Shown: positions 1-9,588, counted from the stretch's first letter. The stretch: 51,398 nt of DNA from Patescibacteria group bacterium (GCA_018830125.1 JAHJSY010000002.1:1-51398); one strand, 5' to 3'. Numbers and translations: made by a program. The notes: generated by a model from the sequence alone, not told the origin.

Positions 1-30
1 ATATTGATTTCTTGATTTCATGTCCATCAT

Positions 31-69
31 AGATTTGTAATTAAAACTTAGTTATTTAATTACAAATCT
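31..69. repeat. Perfect 15-bp inverted repeat (hairpin or operator) upstream of the first TPR gene
   Basis: agatttgtaattaaa (31-45) and tttaattacaaatct (55-69) are exact reverse complements separated by a 9-nt loop. Confidence 0.6.
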
Positions 70-147
70 TAACTAATTTCGGTTAGAAATTAAATGATGC
101 AAGCGATGTCCTTTTGGTTTGATTTTAGATGAGTTAATACGCACTTC

Positions 148-175
148 TTGTTTTATTTTTTTGATATGGTATTAT
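148..175 (+). promoter_or_regulatory. Candidate sigma70-type promoter (TTGTTT-16-TATTAT) placing the transcription start at or near ATG 183
   Basis: TTGTTT at 148-153 and TATTAT at 170-175. The -10 ends 7 nt before ATG 183. AT-rich background, so a chance match is possible. Confidence 0.35.
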
Positions 176-779
176 GGAGATAATGAATAAGGATTATAGA
201 AAAGTTATTATTGCAATTGTCGTAATTGTTGTTATCGCAATTGCTACCTTTTTGTTCTATAAACAAGAAGCTAATTCCCCAAACGCAGAAGAAGAATCTA
301 GCGATGTTTTGGTATGGATCAATACCGCTAGAGACAAGTATGGTGCAGGGGATGTCGATGGGTCAATAGAGTTTTATTTAAAAGCATTAGAAGTTCAACC
401 AACGAATGTGGTTGCTCTAAATAATCTAGCCGATATATATAGTCAGAAGAAAGAATATGAAAAATCGGAAGAAATATATTTAAAATTAATAGAAAACACG
501 CCCAAGTGGATTAATTCATATAGGTTATTGATGTCTATTTATAAATATCATATTCCAGAAAAGTATCCAGACATGGAGCAAATCTTATTAACAGGAATTG
601 AAAAAACCAGCGATATGAGTGATTATGCCCCAGTTGATTTTTATTCAATGTTGGGTGAATTTTATAGAGAAACGGGAAATATAGAAAAAGCAATTGAATA
701 TTTTGAAATAGTTATGAAATTGTTACCAGATAACGGAGCTGTTGCAGCGGAGATAGAGAGACTTAAAGAATTGAAATAA
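174..779 (+). CDS. Membrane-anchored TPR-like repeat protein (tandem paralog 1)
   Basis: N-terminal hydrophobic helix IIAIVVIVVIAIATFLF. TPR-like helices (GSIEFYLKALEVQPTNVVALNNLADIY). Alignment with the paralog (MNKDYRKV vs MDREYRKV) suggests the true start is ATG 183. Confidence 0.75.
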   Translation: MEIMNKDYRKVIIAIVVIVVIAIATFLFYKQEANSPNAEEESSDVLVWINTARDKYGAGDVDGSIEFYLKALEVQPTNVVALNNLADIYSQKKEYEKSEEIYLKLIENTPKWINSYRLLMSIYKYHIPEKYPDMEQILLTGIEKTSDMSDYAPVDFYSMLGEFYRETGNIEKAIEYFEIVMKLLPDNGAVAAEIERLKELK

Positions 780-1468
780 TGGATAGGGAATATAGAAAGG
801 TTGTTATATCTATTATAGTTATAGTTATTATTATCGTTGGTATTGGTATATTTTGGAAGTATAAACAAGAAAGCAAATTTAGTCCACTAGAGAGGGATCT
901 TATTTCTTTTTTAGAAAAGCATCCTTTATCGGAAGGGGATCAAGCTAAGCTTAATAATGCTATAAATATCTTAAGAGAAAAACCAAAAGATGTTTCAGCG
1001 TTAATTACTATCGCAGAAATTAGGCAGAAAGTCAAAGATGTAGATGGATCAATAGAGTTTTACTTAAAAGCATTAGAAGTCCAACCAACAAATGTGGTTG
1101 CTCTAAATAATTTAGCAGACCTATATGACCATCAAAAGAAGGAATACGAGAAGTCGGCAGAAATGTATTTAAGATCAATAGAAAATACTCCAGAACAGAT
1201 TAGCGCATATCAATCATTGATGTATATTTATCAACATCGTCTTCCAGAAAAGTATCCAGACATGGAACAAATTTTATTAACGGCTATTGAGAAAAATACT
1301 GATATATCCGAATATGCTCCAGTTGATTTTTATTCAATGCTTGGTGATTTTTATGCCAATGTGGATGAAATAAATAAGGCAATAAAATATTACGAAATAG
1401 CTCTGGGGTTGATGCCAGGTGACGAATCTGTTAAAATAAAGATAGAAAGACTTAAAGAATTAAAATGA
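779..1468 (+). CDS. Membrane-anchored TPR-like repeat protein (tandem paralog 2)
   Basis: Same architecture as 174..779, with long near-identical DNA stretches. Its start overlaps the upstream stop (TAATG). Confidence 0.8.
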   Translation: MDREYRKVVISIIVIVIIIVGIGIFWKYKQESKFSPLERDLISFLEKHPLSEGDQAKLNNAINILREKPKDVSALITIAEIRQKVKDVDGSIEFYLKALEVQPTNVVALNNLADLYDHQKKEYEKSAEMYLRSIENTPEQISAYQSLMYIYQHRLPEKYPDMEQILLTAIEKNTDISEYAPVDFYSMLGDFYANVDEINKAIKYYEIALGLMPGDESVKIKIERLKELK

Positions 1469-1472
1469 TACT

Positions 1473-2513
1473 ATGACAAAAAAATACTTTATAATAACAT
1501 TAGCTTTACTATTAAGTCCTATTTTAGTTGAAGCTATGAATGTTAGCGATATTACAATCAATGAAGCACCTAGTGCTTATTTTTATAAACAAGAATTTGA
1601 TAAATTAGTACTTGATATAACTATTCCTGGTTCTGATAGTTTATCGGCAATAACAATAAAAAACGAAGGGAACGCTGTAGATAGATATGATATTGATAAA
1701 TTTGTTCTTTGGAAAGATGCTGGCCAAAACGGATTTCAAGGAATGGGGAAAGATGAAGAAATAGGGGACTTTGAATATGATGCTAATAATAGAATATGGT
1801 ATGTAAAAGATTTAGATGTTGTTATCCCCGAACAAGGATTAAGGATTTTTGTTAGTGTTGAAGTTGCTAGGGGCATGACAAATGGAAGATATGTACAGAT
1901 TAAAATACCTGAATTAGATGATGTGGATAATGATGGAAATTTTGACATAGGAGATTTTGGCATTTTTTTAGAGTCACGAAATAATGGCCCAGTTGACGGA
2001 AGTATTATTAATTCTGCTAGTCAAACTTTAAAATCTTCTAGCACTAGAGATAATTCTTCTCCGGTATCAATTATAGATAGCACAGGAGATGTTACCACAG
2101 AAAGTTATACAATCACTGGTCAGTCGCGAGATCAGGGTGGTTCTTCTCCTGCCTGGGTGAAGGTAGAGATTAATAATGTCTTATATGATGTTGAAGACAC
2201 AGGAACTAATTATTCTACCTGGAAGTATGAATGGGAGAATATTACCGAAGGAACATATACAATAAAAACCCAATCAGCCGATTGGTTGAATAACATAGAA
2301 ACAGAAGGGGATAGTATTACAGTAATTGTTGATTTCCCCGACGAAGAGGAGACACCAATAGATAAACCTCCCGTTGAAGAACCTCCCGTTGAAGAACCGG
2401 AATTAACCCCGGAAGAACAGATAAGAGCTCAAATAAAAGAGATTCAAGAACAAATTATAGATTTACTTAATCAACTTATCCAGATTTATCTACAAGAGCT
2501 GGATTCTATTTAA
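1473..2513 (+). CDS. Secreted/cell-surface protein with a Pro/Glu repeat linker and a C-terminal coiled-coil-like tail
   Basis: Signal-peptide-like N-terminus MTKKYFIITLALLLSPILVEA. Acidic DNDGNFDIGDFG loop. PPVEEPPVEEPELTPEE repeat followed by heptad-like IKEIQEQIIDLLNQLIQIYL. Confidence 0.75.
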   Translation: MTKKYFIITLALLLSPILVEAMNVSDITINEAPSAYFYKQEFDKLVLDITIPGSDSLSAITIKNEGNAVDRYDIDKFVLWKDAGQNGFQGMGKDEEIGDFEYDANNRIWYVKDLDVVIPEQGLRIFVSVEVARGMTNGRYVQIKIPELDDVDNDGNFDIGDFGIFLESRNNGPVDGSIINSASQTLKSSSTRDNSSPVSIIDSTGDVTTESYTITGQSRDQGGSSPAWVKVEINNVLYDVEDTGTNYSTWKYEWENITEGTYTIKTQSADWLNNIETEGDSITVIVDFPDEEETPIDKPPVEEPPVEEPELTPEEQIRAQIKEIQEQIIDLLNQLIQIYLQELDSI

Positions 2514-4710
2514 GTTGTTTCATTGCGTTATTTACAATTTCACTATATTTAGGATAATGTTCTAATAAATAATCAGCTAATTTTTTAGCTTCTTCTACTC
2601 GCTCTTGTTTTATGTAACAAGCGAGTGCTTTAATGTTATAATCAATATTCTCAATTCTTGATGTGTATAATTTATAAATTATTTCACATATCTCTTCGTA
2701 ATATCTTATACTATCTTCGATGCTTGCGTATGTAGTAAGAAGCTCTGAAAGAGATCCTTCGGAATTAATCGGATAATTTTTCTCTCCAGCTGTCTGTATA
2801 TTCTTTTTGGCTTCATCAATTTCTTCCGAAAGAATGTTTATTTCAGCCATAGTCCACCAACATCTTCCCATTTCGGGATTTAAACCAATACACTTTTGTA
2901 TTTTTTCTTTTGCCGTTTGATAGTCGCCAGTTATAATATAGGTTCGTGCCCAATAGATGAGTATATCTTGATGTTTAGGACTTAACTCATTAGCTTTCTC
3001 GAATGCCTTATGAGCTCCTTCTGTCCATTCTTGCGTGTATTCTGGATAAGCATGCTGATAATTTTCAAGCAATACATTGTAGTAATTTCCAAGTAGGATC
3101 CAATATCTAGTGTAATCAGGTCTTATTTCTAGGGCCTGTTTTGCTATCTTAATTCCTTGTGGTGCTAAAGTTATGGTTTTGTTTGGTTCTTTGAAAATAT
3201 AGGTATTTATAATTTCAAGATAAGTCGCTCTCAAATATTCATTTAAAAAGGTGTTAGAGGGCAGAACATCGTCTATCGTTCTCAAGGCCGTCTCCATCTG
3301 TGATCTGTTTAATGAATGATCGGCCTTATTAATTTCTGTGTTTATCTGAAAGGGTCTGATGTTATAAAACCAGGTAAAACTTACTAGCCCTACAAAAAGA
3401 ATAAAGATTATGGGATATTTAAACTTATTTTTTAGTTTTATAGCAATAATTCTTTCGGGAATATCTTTGGTTATTAAGCTCAAAGAAAAAGCAACTAATA
3501 AAAAGAACATTATATAAGTTGAGAAGACATCAAATCCAAAAAGATTAGCAGTAAGATAGGCAATAAATAATGCTTGAAGAGAATGGCAGATTAAGGCATC
3601 TTCCGGTCGCTTCTTCTTTATTTTTTGCAGTTCGTAAATCAAAAAAACAAATAGAGAGATATATATAGCTAAGGCTGGTATGCCAGCAGTAACTCCTATA
3701 TCAAACAAGATGCTATGTGCTCGGTCGTAATATGTTAGACCTGGCCCTTCTACGGCAATCATTCTTGGAAGCGAAGGATCATAGTATTTATCAAAAGCAA
3801 TAGAAAAGTTTTCTGGCCCATATCCTAAGAGTGGTTTATTGATTATGCCTTGAGAAGATATTCTCCAGACGGAAAAGCGGGGATCATTTAAGGCTTTTTC
3901 AACATCTAGTCTCCTAATAAGTGGAGGTGCAGTTTCGGAAGGGAAAATATTTACCCAAGCAACAAGAAGAACAATTATAATAAGTAAAATTGCTAAGGCC
4001 CTCTTTGATTTTAGAAAAAAGTAGGCTAGGCCCATGGCTAATCCCAAAAGAGTGGCTCGACTGATAGTGAGAAAAATAACAAAAAGAAAAAGTGTTAATA
4101 TCGGAAAATAAAAGAACCATTTTCTGTCCAAGTTTTTGATTGATTTTATTGTGAACATTAAGGTTATAAAGAATAATAACAAAAGATACACTCCCAAAAA
4201 TGTTGAGCCACCGATGGTTGACCACGGCTCCTCTGTTTTAATAAATATTTTTGGAAAGAATCCAAATTTTTGGAAAATAGCAATAAATGAAATTAGAATG
4301 CCAATTATTAAAGAAAAATTAAGTATTTTTGACCAATCAGTCTTTCTTATAACAAGAAAAGCTAATATAGCAAAGAGAATATAAGAGGCAAAGTTTAAAA
4401 ATCCTCCTGATCTATAAGGATTGCCCCAAAAGCTAAAGGATGGATCTATTGAAAAAATAGTAGCTAAGCCAAAAACACCTAATAATCCAATTGAAGACCA
4501 AAGAGCTTTTGACGTCTTAATGGCGAATTTTTCTTTAACTAGCGTTTGAGCTATAAATAGAAATAATAATATAGCCAAGATACTTCTAAAGACAATAGTC
4601 TTTCCCCAATCAGGAGGAGAAAACCAAGGAGGCAAATTCAAAAGAGGAAGAGCTAAGATTATAAAAAATCCTATTAAATATATCCATAATAATTTATTTG
4701 TTTTTTCCAT
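2506..4710 (-). CDS. Polytopic Wzy_C (O-antigen ligase / O-oligosaccharyltransferase-like) membrane protein fused to a C-terminal TPR-like domain
   Basis: Many predicted TM helices. Wzy_C-like core (TISRATLLGLAMGLAYFF, GYGPENFSIAFDKYY). The last ~270 aa are helical repeats (RPDYTRYWILLGNYY, GRCWW). Confidence 0.85.
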   Translation of the reverse strand: MEKTNKLLWIYLIGFFIILALPLLNLPPWFSPPDWGKTIVFRSILAILLFLFIAQTLVKEKFAIKTSKALWSSIGLLGVFGLATIFSIDPSFSFWGNPYRSGGFLNFASYILFAILAFLVIRKTDWSKILNFSLIIGILISFIAIFQKFGFFPKIFIKTEEPWSTIGGSTFLGVYLLLLFFITLMFTIKSIKNLDRKWFFYFPILTLFLFVIFLTISRATLLGLAMGLAYFFLKSKRALAILLIIIVLLVAWVNIFPSETAPPLIRRLDVEKALNDPRFSVWRISSQGIINKPLLGYGPENFSIAFDKYYDPSLPRMIAVEGPGLTYYDRAHSILFDIGVTAGIPALAIYISLFVFLIYELQKIKKKRPEDALICHSLQALFIAYLTANLFGFDVFSTYIMFFLLVAFSLSLITKDIPERIIAIKLKNKFKYPIIFILFVGLVSFTWFYNIRPFQINTEINKADHSLNRSQMETALRTIDDVLPSNTFLNEYLRATYLEIINTYIFKEPNKTITLAPQGIKIAKQALEIRPDYTRYWILLGNYYNVLLENYQHAYPEYTQEWTEGAHKAFEKANELSPKHQDILIYWARTYIITGDYQTAKEKIQKCIGLNPEMGRCWWTMAEINILSEEIDEAKKNIQTAGEKNYPINSEGSLSELLTTYASIEDSIRYYEEICEIIYKLYTSRIENIDYNIKALACYIKQERVEEAKKLADYLLEHYPKYSEIVNNAMKQLK

Positions 4711-4722
4711 GTTTTCGTAAGA

Positions 4723-5532
4723 TTATTCTTTATTAAATCTAGGATGGCTTAAAAATTCTTCAGCTTTATCTGTTTTATTAATTTTTTTTGCTATATCAAT
4801 ATAACTACTTTCGAGATATGGGAAATTTTCCCCGAGGCGTTCTGCTATAAGCCTATCTTCAATAATATAGAAAAGCACCTCATAGCATTCCAAATTATTG
4901 TTTGTTTCGCAAGCATTGTATATTTGAGAAAGATATTTTTCTGTGGAAAAGTCGCGGTCTCTTTCACCGGCTATTCGAATATCAATCTTAGCTTGCTTAA
5001 TATCATTCAAATAGAAGTTAGAAATAATCTTTGACCACCAACAACTTCTGGAAGCCGGACTTATATTAATGCACTCTTCAACATTGCTTAAGACCAGCGG
5101 ATAATTTTTTAAAGCCATGTTTATTTTAATTCTTCCAACAAAAATTTCTTCTCTCTTCGGACTTAATTCAGAGGCCTTATCAAAATAACTTTTATCCCCA
5201 GTATAATTTCCGAGAAAAATCCAGGTTCTAGTATAATATGGTCTTATTTCGGTTACTTTCTTTAATAATTCAATTGCTTCTGGCGTTCTAGCGTTGCAAC
5301 GCTCAATAATGCTAATATACTTTAATTTTGCGTAACTGTCTATGGTGCTTGGATTATAAATAACTTTAGATCTCATTAAATCAAGGGCTTCCTTGCATTT
5401 ACCTGTTCTAACATAATGGTCAGCCATATTAATGTCCTTGTTTATATATAGTGGCTTTAACCCAGCATACCAAATAAAACCCAATAAGAAAATAAACAAA
5501 ATAGAGAATATTATAGATTTAGTTGGATTCAT
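4723..5532 (-). CDS. TM-anchored TPR-like protein, homologous to the C-terminal domain of 2506..4710
   Basis: RPYYTRTWIFLGNY, ASELSPKREE and SRSCWW align with RPDYTRYWILLGNYY, ANELSPKHQD and GRCWW of the fused paralog. Overlaps 5519..6808 by 14 nt. Confidence 0.8.
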   Translation of the reverse strand: MNPTKSIIFSILFIFLLGFIWYAGLKPLYINKDINMADHYVRTGKCKEALDLMRSKVIYNPSTIDSYAKLKYISIIERCNARTPEAIELLKKVTEIRPYYTRTWIFLGNYTGDKSYFDKASELSPKREEIFVGRIKINMALKNYPLVLSNVEECINISPASRSCWWSKIISNFYLNDIKQAKIDIRIAGERDRDFSTEKYLSQIYNACETNNNLECYEVLFYIIEDRLIAERLGENFPYLESSYIDIAKKINKTDKAEEFLSHPRFNKE

Positions 5533-6808
5533 TTGATTGTATCAGGCTTAGAGAATAGCCGATTATTAAAAAGAATATTAAATAAGTAGAAAATACATCA
5601 AAGCTAAATATATTAGCACTTAAATAGGCAAAGAATGTTGCTTGGATTCCATGGATAATAAAAGTATTCGGGCCATATTTTATTTTTTGTAATTTCCAAA
5701 AAAGAACTCCAATAAGAGCTAGATATATTAATAAAGCAGGAATACCATAAGTAATGCCCATTTCAAAAATAAAATTGTGAGCTCTGTCATACCAACTTCC
5801 CCATTCTTTACTAATAAACGGTAACGAAGGATTATAGTATCTGTCAAAAGCAATAGAGAAGTTTTCTGGCCCATATCCTAAAATAGGGTAATCCTTAATA
5901 GCTTCAGCGGAAACAACCCAAGCGGAAAAGCGAGGATCATCTACGGCTAATTTGATTGAAAGACGACTGAAAACAGAATCAATTACCCGGGGGTTAGTAT
6001 TGAGGTAATAAATACCGCAAGCTCCCAATATAGTCAAAACAAGAAAAGATATTTTAATAGCGAGGATTAATTTATTTTTTTTAGGAAATGTTAAAATAAA
6101 ATAAACAAGGCCGATGAATAAACCAAACCAGATAGCTCGGCTACTGGTAAGTAGGATGATATAGACAAATAGAGAAGAAGTTAATAAATAAAACATCTTT
6201 CTCTTTAGCTCCTTCTCTTTTAGAAAAAAAGAAAAAGTTATGAAAATAAGCAGTAGAAGATAAAGAGCTAAAAATATTGGACCACCCAAAGTTCCCGGAG
6301 GTCTCCCGTCATAAGTTTTTACGGTTTTTTCAAAAAAGCCGAATTTTTGGGAAAGAGCTATAATTGAAACCAAAACTCCAATAATTATATTAAATTTCCA
6401 AATCTTTTCCCAATCAGTTTTTTTAATAATTAAAAAAGTTAAAATAGCAAAGAGAATATAAAAGATGTAATTTAAAGATCCGTCGGCTCTAAGAGGGGAG
6501 CCCCAAAAACTAAAATTAGGATCTAAAGAAAAAATAGTACTTAAAATAACTAATCCCAAAAAACCAATTAGCAACCAAATTGGCCAAAAAACATCGCTTC
6601 CTTTAGACAGCGCTTTCTTAATGATCGTTTGGAAAGTCTTATATTCATAAATTGAGATAAAGATTAAAGTAGCTAGAATTATTCTAAAGATAATAGCCTT
6701 ACCCCAAGCAGTTGGATTAAGTACGGCAGGCGTAGTTATCACCGGCAAAGCCAAAATCGCCAAAAACCCATAAAAATAATATTTATACCATTTATTATTG
6801 CTATCCAT
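5519..6808 (-). CDS. Polytopic Wzy_C (O-antigen ligase-like) membrane protein, stand-alone version
   Basis: Collinear with the N-terminal 430 aa of 2506..4710 (FILFAILTFLIIKKTDWEKIW vs FAILAFLVIRKTDWSKIL; GYGPENFSIAFDRYY). Confidence 0.85.
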   Translation of the reverse strand: MDSNNKWYKYYFYGFLAILALPVITTPAVLNPTAWGKAIIFRIILATLIFISIYEYKTFQTIIKKALSKGSDVFWPIWLLIGFLGLVILSTIFSLDPNFSFWGSPLRADGSLNYIFYILFAILTFLIIKKTDWEKIWKFNIIIGVLVSIIALSQKFGFFEKTVKTYDGRPPGTLGGPIFLALYLLLLIFITFSFFLKEKELKRKMFYLLTSSLFVYIILLTSSRAIWFGLFIGLVYFILTFPKKNKLILAIKISFLVLTILGACGIYYLNTNPRVIDSVFSRLSIKLAVDDPRFSAWVVSAEAIKDYPILGYGPENFSIAFDRYYNPSLPFISKEWGSWYDRAHNFIFEMGITYGIPALLIYLALIGVLFWKLQKIKYGPNTFIIHGIQATFFAYLSANIFSFDVFSTYLIFFLIIGYSLSLIQSNESN

Positions 6809-6832
6809 ATTGTTTTATGATACAAGAGAAAC

Positions 6833-7561
6833 ATGAAGAATACAAACCTGAAAAACTATAAAGCGGTTATTTTGGCTGGGGGGAAGGGGACACGACTTTA
6901 TCCGATTACTAGGGAAATTCCGAAGCCATTGCTTCCTATAAATAAAAAGCCAATTATTAATTACTTGGTGGATTTATTTAAGAGTTACGGAATTAAAGAA
7001 ATAGCTGTTTTGGTTGGAGGGAAAGATAGGCAGGATTTTGAATGGTGGAAAAAAAGATATTACCCTTCGGCAAAATCAGGGCAAGCTCCTATTATTAGAT
7101 TGGTATTAGAAGATAAACCGCTAGGAACCTTTGGTGGTCTTTACTTGTTAAAAGAATGGATAGGGAAGAGTAAATTCTTTTTGACTAATGGCGATGAATT
7201 AAAAATGATAGATTTAGATAAAATGGCTGATTCCCATAATAATTTAGCAACGATAGCTTTGGTTGAAGTAGAGAATCCTCAAGATTATGGGGTGGTTGTT
7301 TGTGATGACGGAAAAGTGAGTGAATTTTTAGAGAAGCCGGAAAATCCTGTTTCTAATTATATTAATTCGGGACTTTACTTGTTAAGCCCAGAAATATTAG
7401 AATATTGCAGACCAGAATTTTTGATGATAGAAAAAGATATATTCCCTAAGCTTGCCGAACGGGGAGATTTATCGGGGTTTAAGTTTAATGGCTATTGGAC
7501 CGATTGTGGAACTTGGGAAAGGTACGAAAGAGCCCTTAATGACCCTATTGACACTTGTTGA
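6833..7561 (+). CDS. Sugar-1-phosphate nucleotidylyltransferase (NDP-sugar pyrophosphorylase)
   Basis: Signature AVILAGGKGTRLYPITREIPKPLLPI. About 240 aa, the single-domain NTP_transferase layout. Confidence 0.85.
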   Translation: MKNTNLKNYKAVILAGGKGTRLYPITREIPKPLLPINKKPIINYLVDLFKSYGIKEIAVLVGGKDRQDFEWWKKRYYPSAKSGQAPIIRLVLEDKPLGTFGGLYLLKEWIGKSKFFLTNGDELKMIDLDKMADSHNNLATIALVEVENPQDYGVVVCDDGKVSEFLEKPENPVSNYINSGLYLLSPEILEYCRPEFLMIEKDIFPKLAERGDLSGFKFNGYWTDCGTWERYERALNDPIDTC

Positions 7562-7583
7562 TACTTTCTTTAAAATAAATATA

Positions 7584-7832
7584 ATGGATAAAGACATAAA
7601 ACCAAATCAAATATATACCACCGAAGAAGCTCAAAAATACTTAAAAGTAAGCAACAGCACCATTAAGAGATTGTTAAAAAATGGTATTCTTAGAGCCAAT
7701 AAAGTTGGTGGTCGTTATAAAATATTGGGTAGCGAGATGATTATATTGGTTTCACCAAAAGCAGAAAAGAAAGCTAGAAAATTATATTTTAATTTAAAAA
7801 CTAAAACTCAAAACGTTATTAAAAAATGGTAA
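7584..7832 (+). CDS. Small helix-turn-helix DNA-binding protein (excisionase/MerR-like HTH_17 type)
   Basis: IYTTEEAQKYLKVSNSTIKRLLKNGILRANKVGGRYKI resembles the excisionase-family HTH. I chose ATG 7584 instead of the track start at 7452, which overlaps the previous gene. Confidence 0.6.
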   Translation: MDKDIKPNQIYTTEEAQKYLKVSNSTIKRLLKNGILRANKVGGRYKILGSEMIILVSPKAEKKARKLYFNLKTKTQNVIKKW

Positions 7833-7846
7833 CCTAGCAAAAATAT

Positions 7847-8761
7847 ATGGCAAAAATTATTGTTACTGGTGGCGCTGGTTTTATCGGGGGTCACTTAGTA
7901 GATAGATTAATAAAAGATGGTCATCAGGTAGTTGTGCTTGATGATTTATCTGGTGGCAAGAAAGAAAACGTTAATTCTCAAGCCGAATTTCACGAAGTAG
8001 ATATTTGTGATTTCGATAAAATTAATCCCTTGTTTGAAGGGGTTGATTGTGTTTTTCATGAAGCGGCCATCCCAAGAGTTCCAGTATCTATCGAAGATCC
8101 CATAGGAACTTCAAAAGCTAATATTATGGGAACTATTAGCGTTTTTAAAGCAGCTAAAGATAATAATGTTAAAAGGGTGATTATTGCCTCATCGTCTTCT
8201 GTTTATGGAAATCAAAAAGAGCTTCCCTTAAGAGAAGGCATGGTGCCAGGACCTATTAGCCCCTATGCATTGCAAAAGTACGTTGATGAACAATTTGCTA
8301 AAATGTTTACCGACTTGTATAAATTGCCAGTTGTTTGTTTAAGGTATTTTAATGTTTACGGCACAAGAATTGATCCGACCAGTGAATATAGTTTAGTTTT
8401 AGGAAAGTTTTTAACCCTTAATAGCCAAAATAAATCATTAACAATATTTGGCGATGGTGAACAAACAAGAGGTTTTTGTTATGTTGACGATGTTGTAGAA
8501 GCGAACATAAAGGCGATGACGAGTGAAAAATTAAAAGGCGGAGAAATAATCAATATCGGAAGTAATAAATCCCACTCAATTAATTATTTAGCTAGTTTAA
8601 TTAGTGATAGAATCGAATATTTACCAGCACGAATGGGTGATATTTTACATACCAACGCTGATATTAGTTTAGCCAAAGAACTTCTTGGCTGGGAACCTAA
8701 AATAGAATTTAATCAAGGCATTCAAATCGTCAAAGATTGGTTTAATAATTTTAATAACTAA
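7847..8761 (+). CDS. NAD-dependent nucleotide-sugar epimerase/dehydratase (extended SDR)
   Basis: VTGGAGFIGGHL Rossmann motif. Catalytic Y-x3-K (SPYALQKY). About 300 aa. Confidence 0.9.
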   Translation: MAKIIVTGGAGFIGGHLVDRLIKDGHQVVVLDDLSGGKKENVNSQAEFHEVDICDFDKINPLFEGVDCVFHEAAIPRVPVSIEDPIGTSKANIMGTISVFKAAKDNNVKRVIIASSSSVYGNQKELPLREGMVPGPISPYALQKYVDEQFAKMFTDLYKLPVVCLRYFNVYGTRIDPTSEYSLVLGKFLTLNSQNKSLTIFGDGEQTRGFCYVDDVVEANIKAMTSEKLKGGEIINIGSNKSHSINYLASLISDRIEYLPARMGDILHTNADISLAKELLGWEPKIEFNQGIQIVKDWFNNFNN

Positions 8762-8766
8762 GCAAC

Positions 8767-9588
8767 ATGGAAATAAAACAAAAAATAGGAATTGTTGGTG
8801 TTGGAATGGTTGGTGGGGCATTAAAAAACTACTTTGAAAAACAAGGAGCAAAGCTTCTTGTATATGACAAGGGGAAAAACCTTGGATCTATGAATGAAGT
8901 TAATCAAGCAGACATTATCTTTATTTGTGTTCCGACGCCCTTTGATAAAGAAAAACAAAGTTTTGATTTATCTTATGTCGAAGAATCTTGCGATAATATT
9001 TCTGGGAATAAAATAATAGTCATTAAATCAACAGTAGTGCCAAGGACAACTCAAAAACTTCAAGAAAAATATCCTCAACATAAGTTTTTGTTTAACCCCG
9101 AATTTCTAACAGAAATAACTGCGGAGCAAGATATGAATTATCCTGATCGCCAAATTATTGGTTATACAGATAAAAGTTTTACTATAGCCGGAGATCTAAT
9201 GCAAATTTTACCATTAGCTTCTTTTGAAAGAATAATTCCAAGCACCGAGGCCGAAATGGTAAAATATTTTGGCAATAATTGGTTTGCCGTAAAAGTGGCT
9301 TTTGCTAACCAAATGTATGATTTATGTAAAAAAATAAATATTGATTATGATAGGGTAATGGAATCATCGGCTGCTGATAAAAGAATTGGCCGAAGTCATC
9401 TAGAAGCGATGCATAAGAGTTATCGGGGATATGGTGGCAAATGTTTACCAAAAGACATTAAGGCGCTAATTAGGTTTGCTGATGATCGAGGTGTTGATTT
9501 AAAATTACATAAAACAGCCGAGAAAATTAATAATGATTTAATGCAACAACAAGGAATAGAGGATCCAGAAAAGTTTTCTGTTAGATAA
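8767..9588 (+). CDS. UDP-glucose/GDP-mannose dehydrogenase-family protein, short form lacking the C-terminal domain
   Basis: N-terminal GIVGVGMVGGAL. Central FNPEFL motif. Catalytic-Cys motif GGKCLPKD at about residue 226. The protein ends 47 aa later. Confidence 0.7.
   Translation: MEIKQKIGIVGVGMVGGALKNYFEKQGAKLLVYDKGKNLGSMNEVNQADIIFICVPTPFDKEKQSFDLSYVEESCDNISGNKIIVIKSTVVPRTTQKLQEKYPQHKFLFNPEFLTEITAEQDMNYPDRQIIGYTDKSFTIAGDLMQILPLASFERIIPSTEAEMVKYFGNNWFAVKVAFANQMYDLCKKINIDYDRVMESSAADKRIGRSHLEAMHKSYRGYGGKCLPKDIKALIRFADDRGVDLKLHKTAEKINNDLMQQQGIEDPEKFSVR

Noticed and set aside
7452-7583. N-terminal extension of the HTH ORF (track start 7452), and similar upstream extensions at 16346, 18611, 24847, 32589, 33681, 38392, 41041, 43218, 45704, 47562 and 49358.
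   Set aside because: The extensions overlap the preceding genes or promoters and often start at TTG/GTG. Internal ATGs give ATGA stop/start overlaps, or align with the conserved N-termini of the families.
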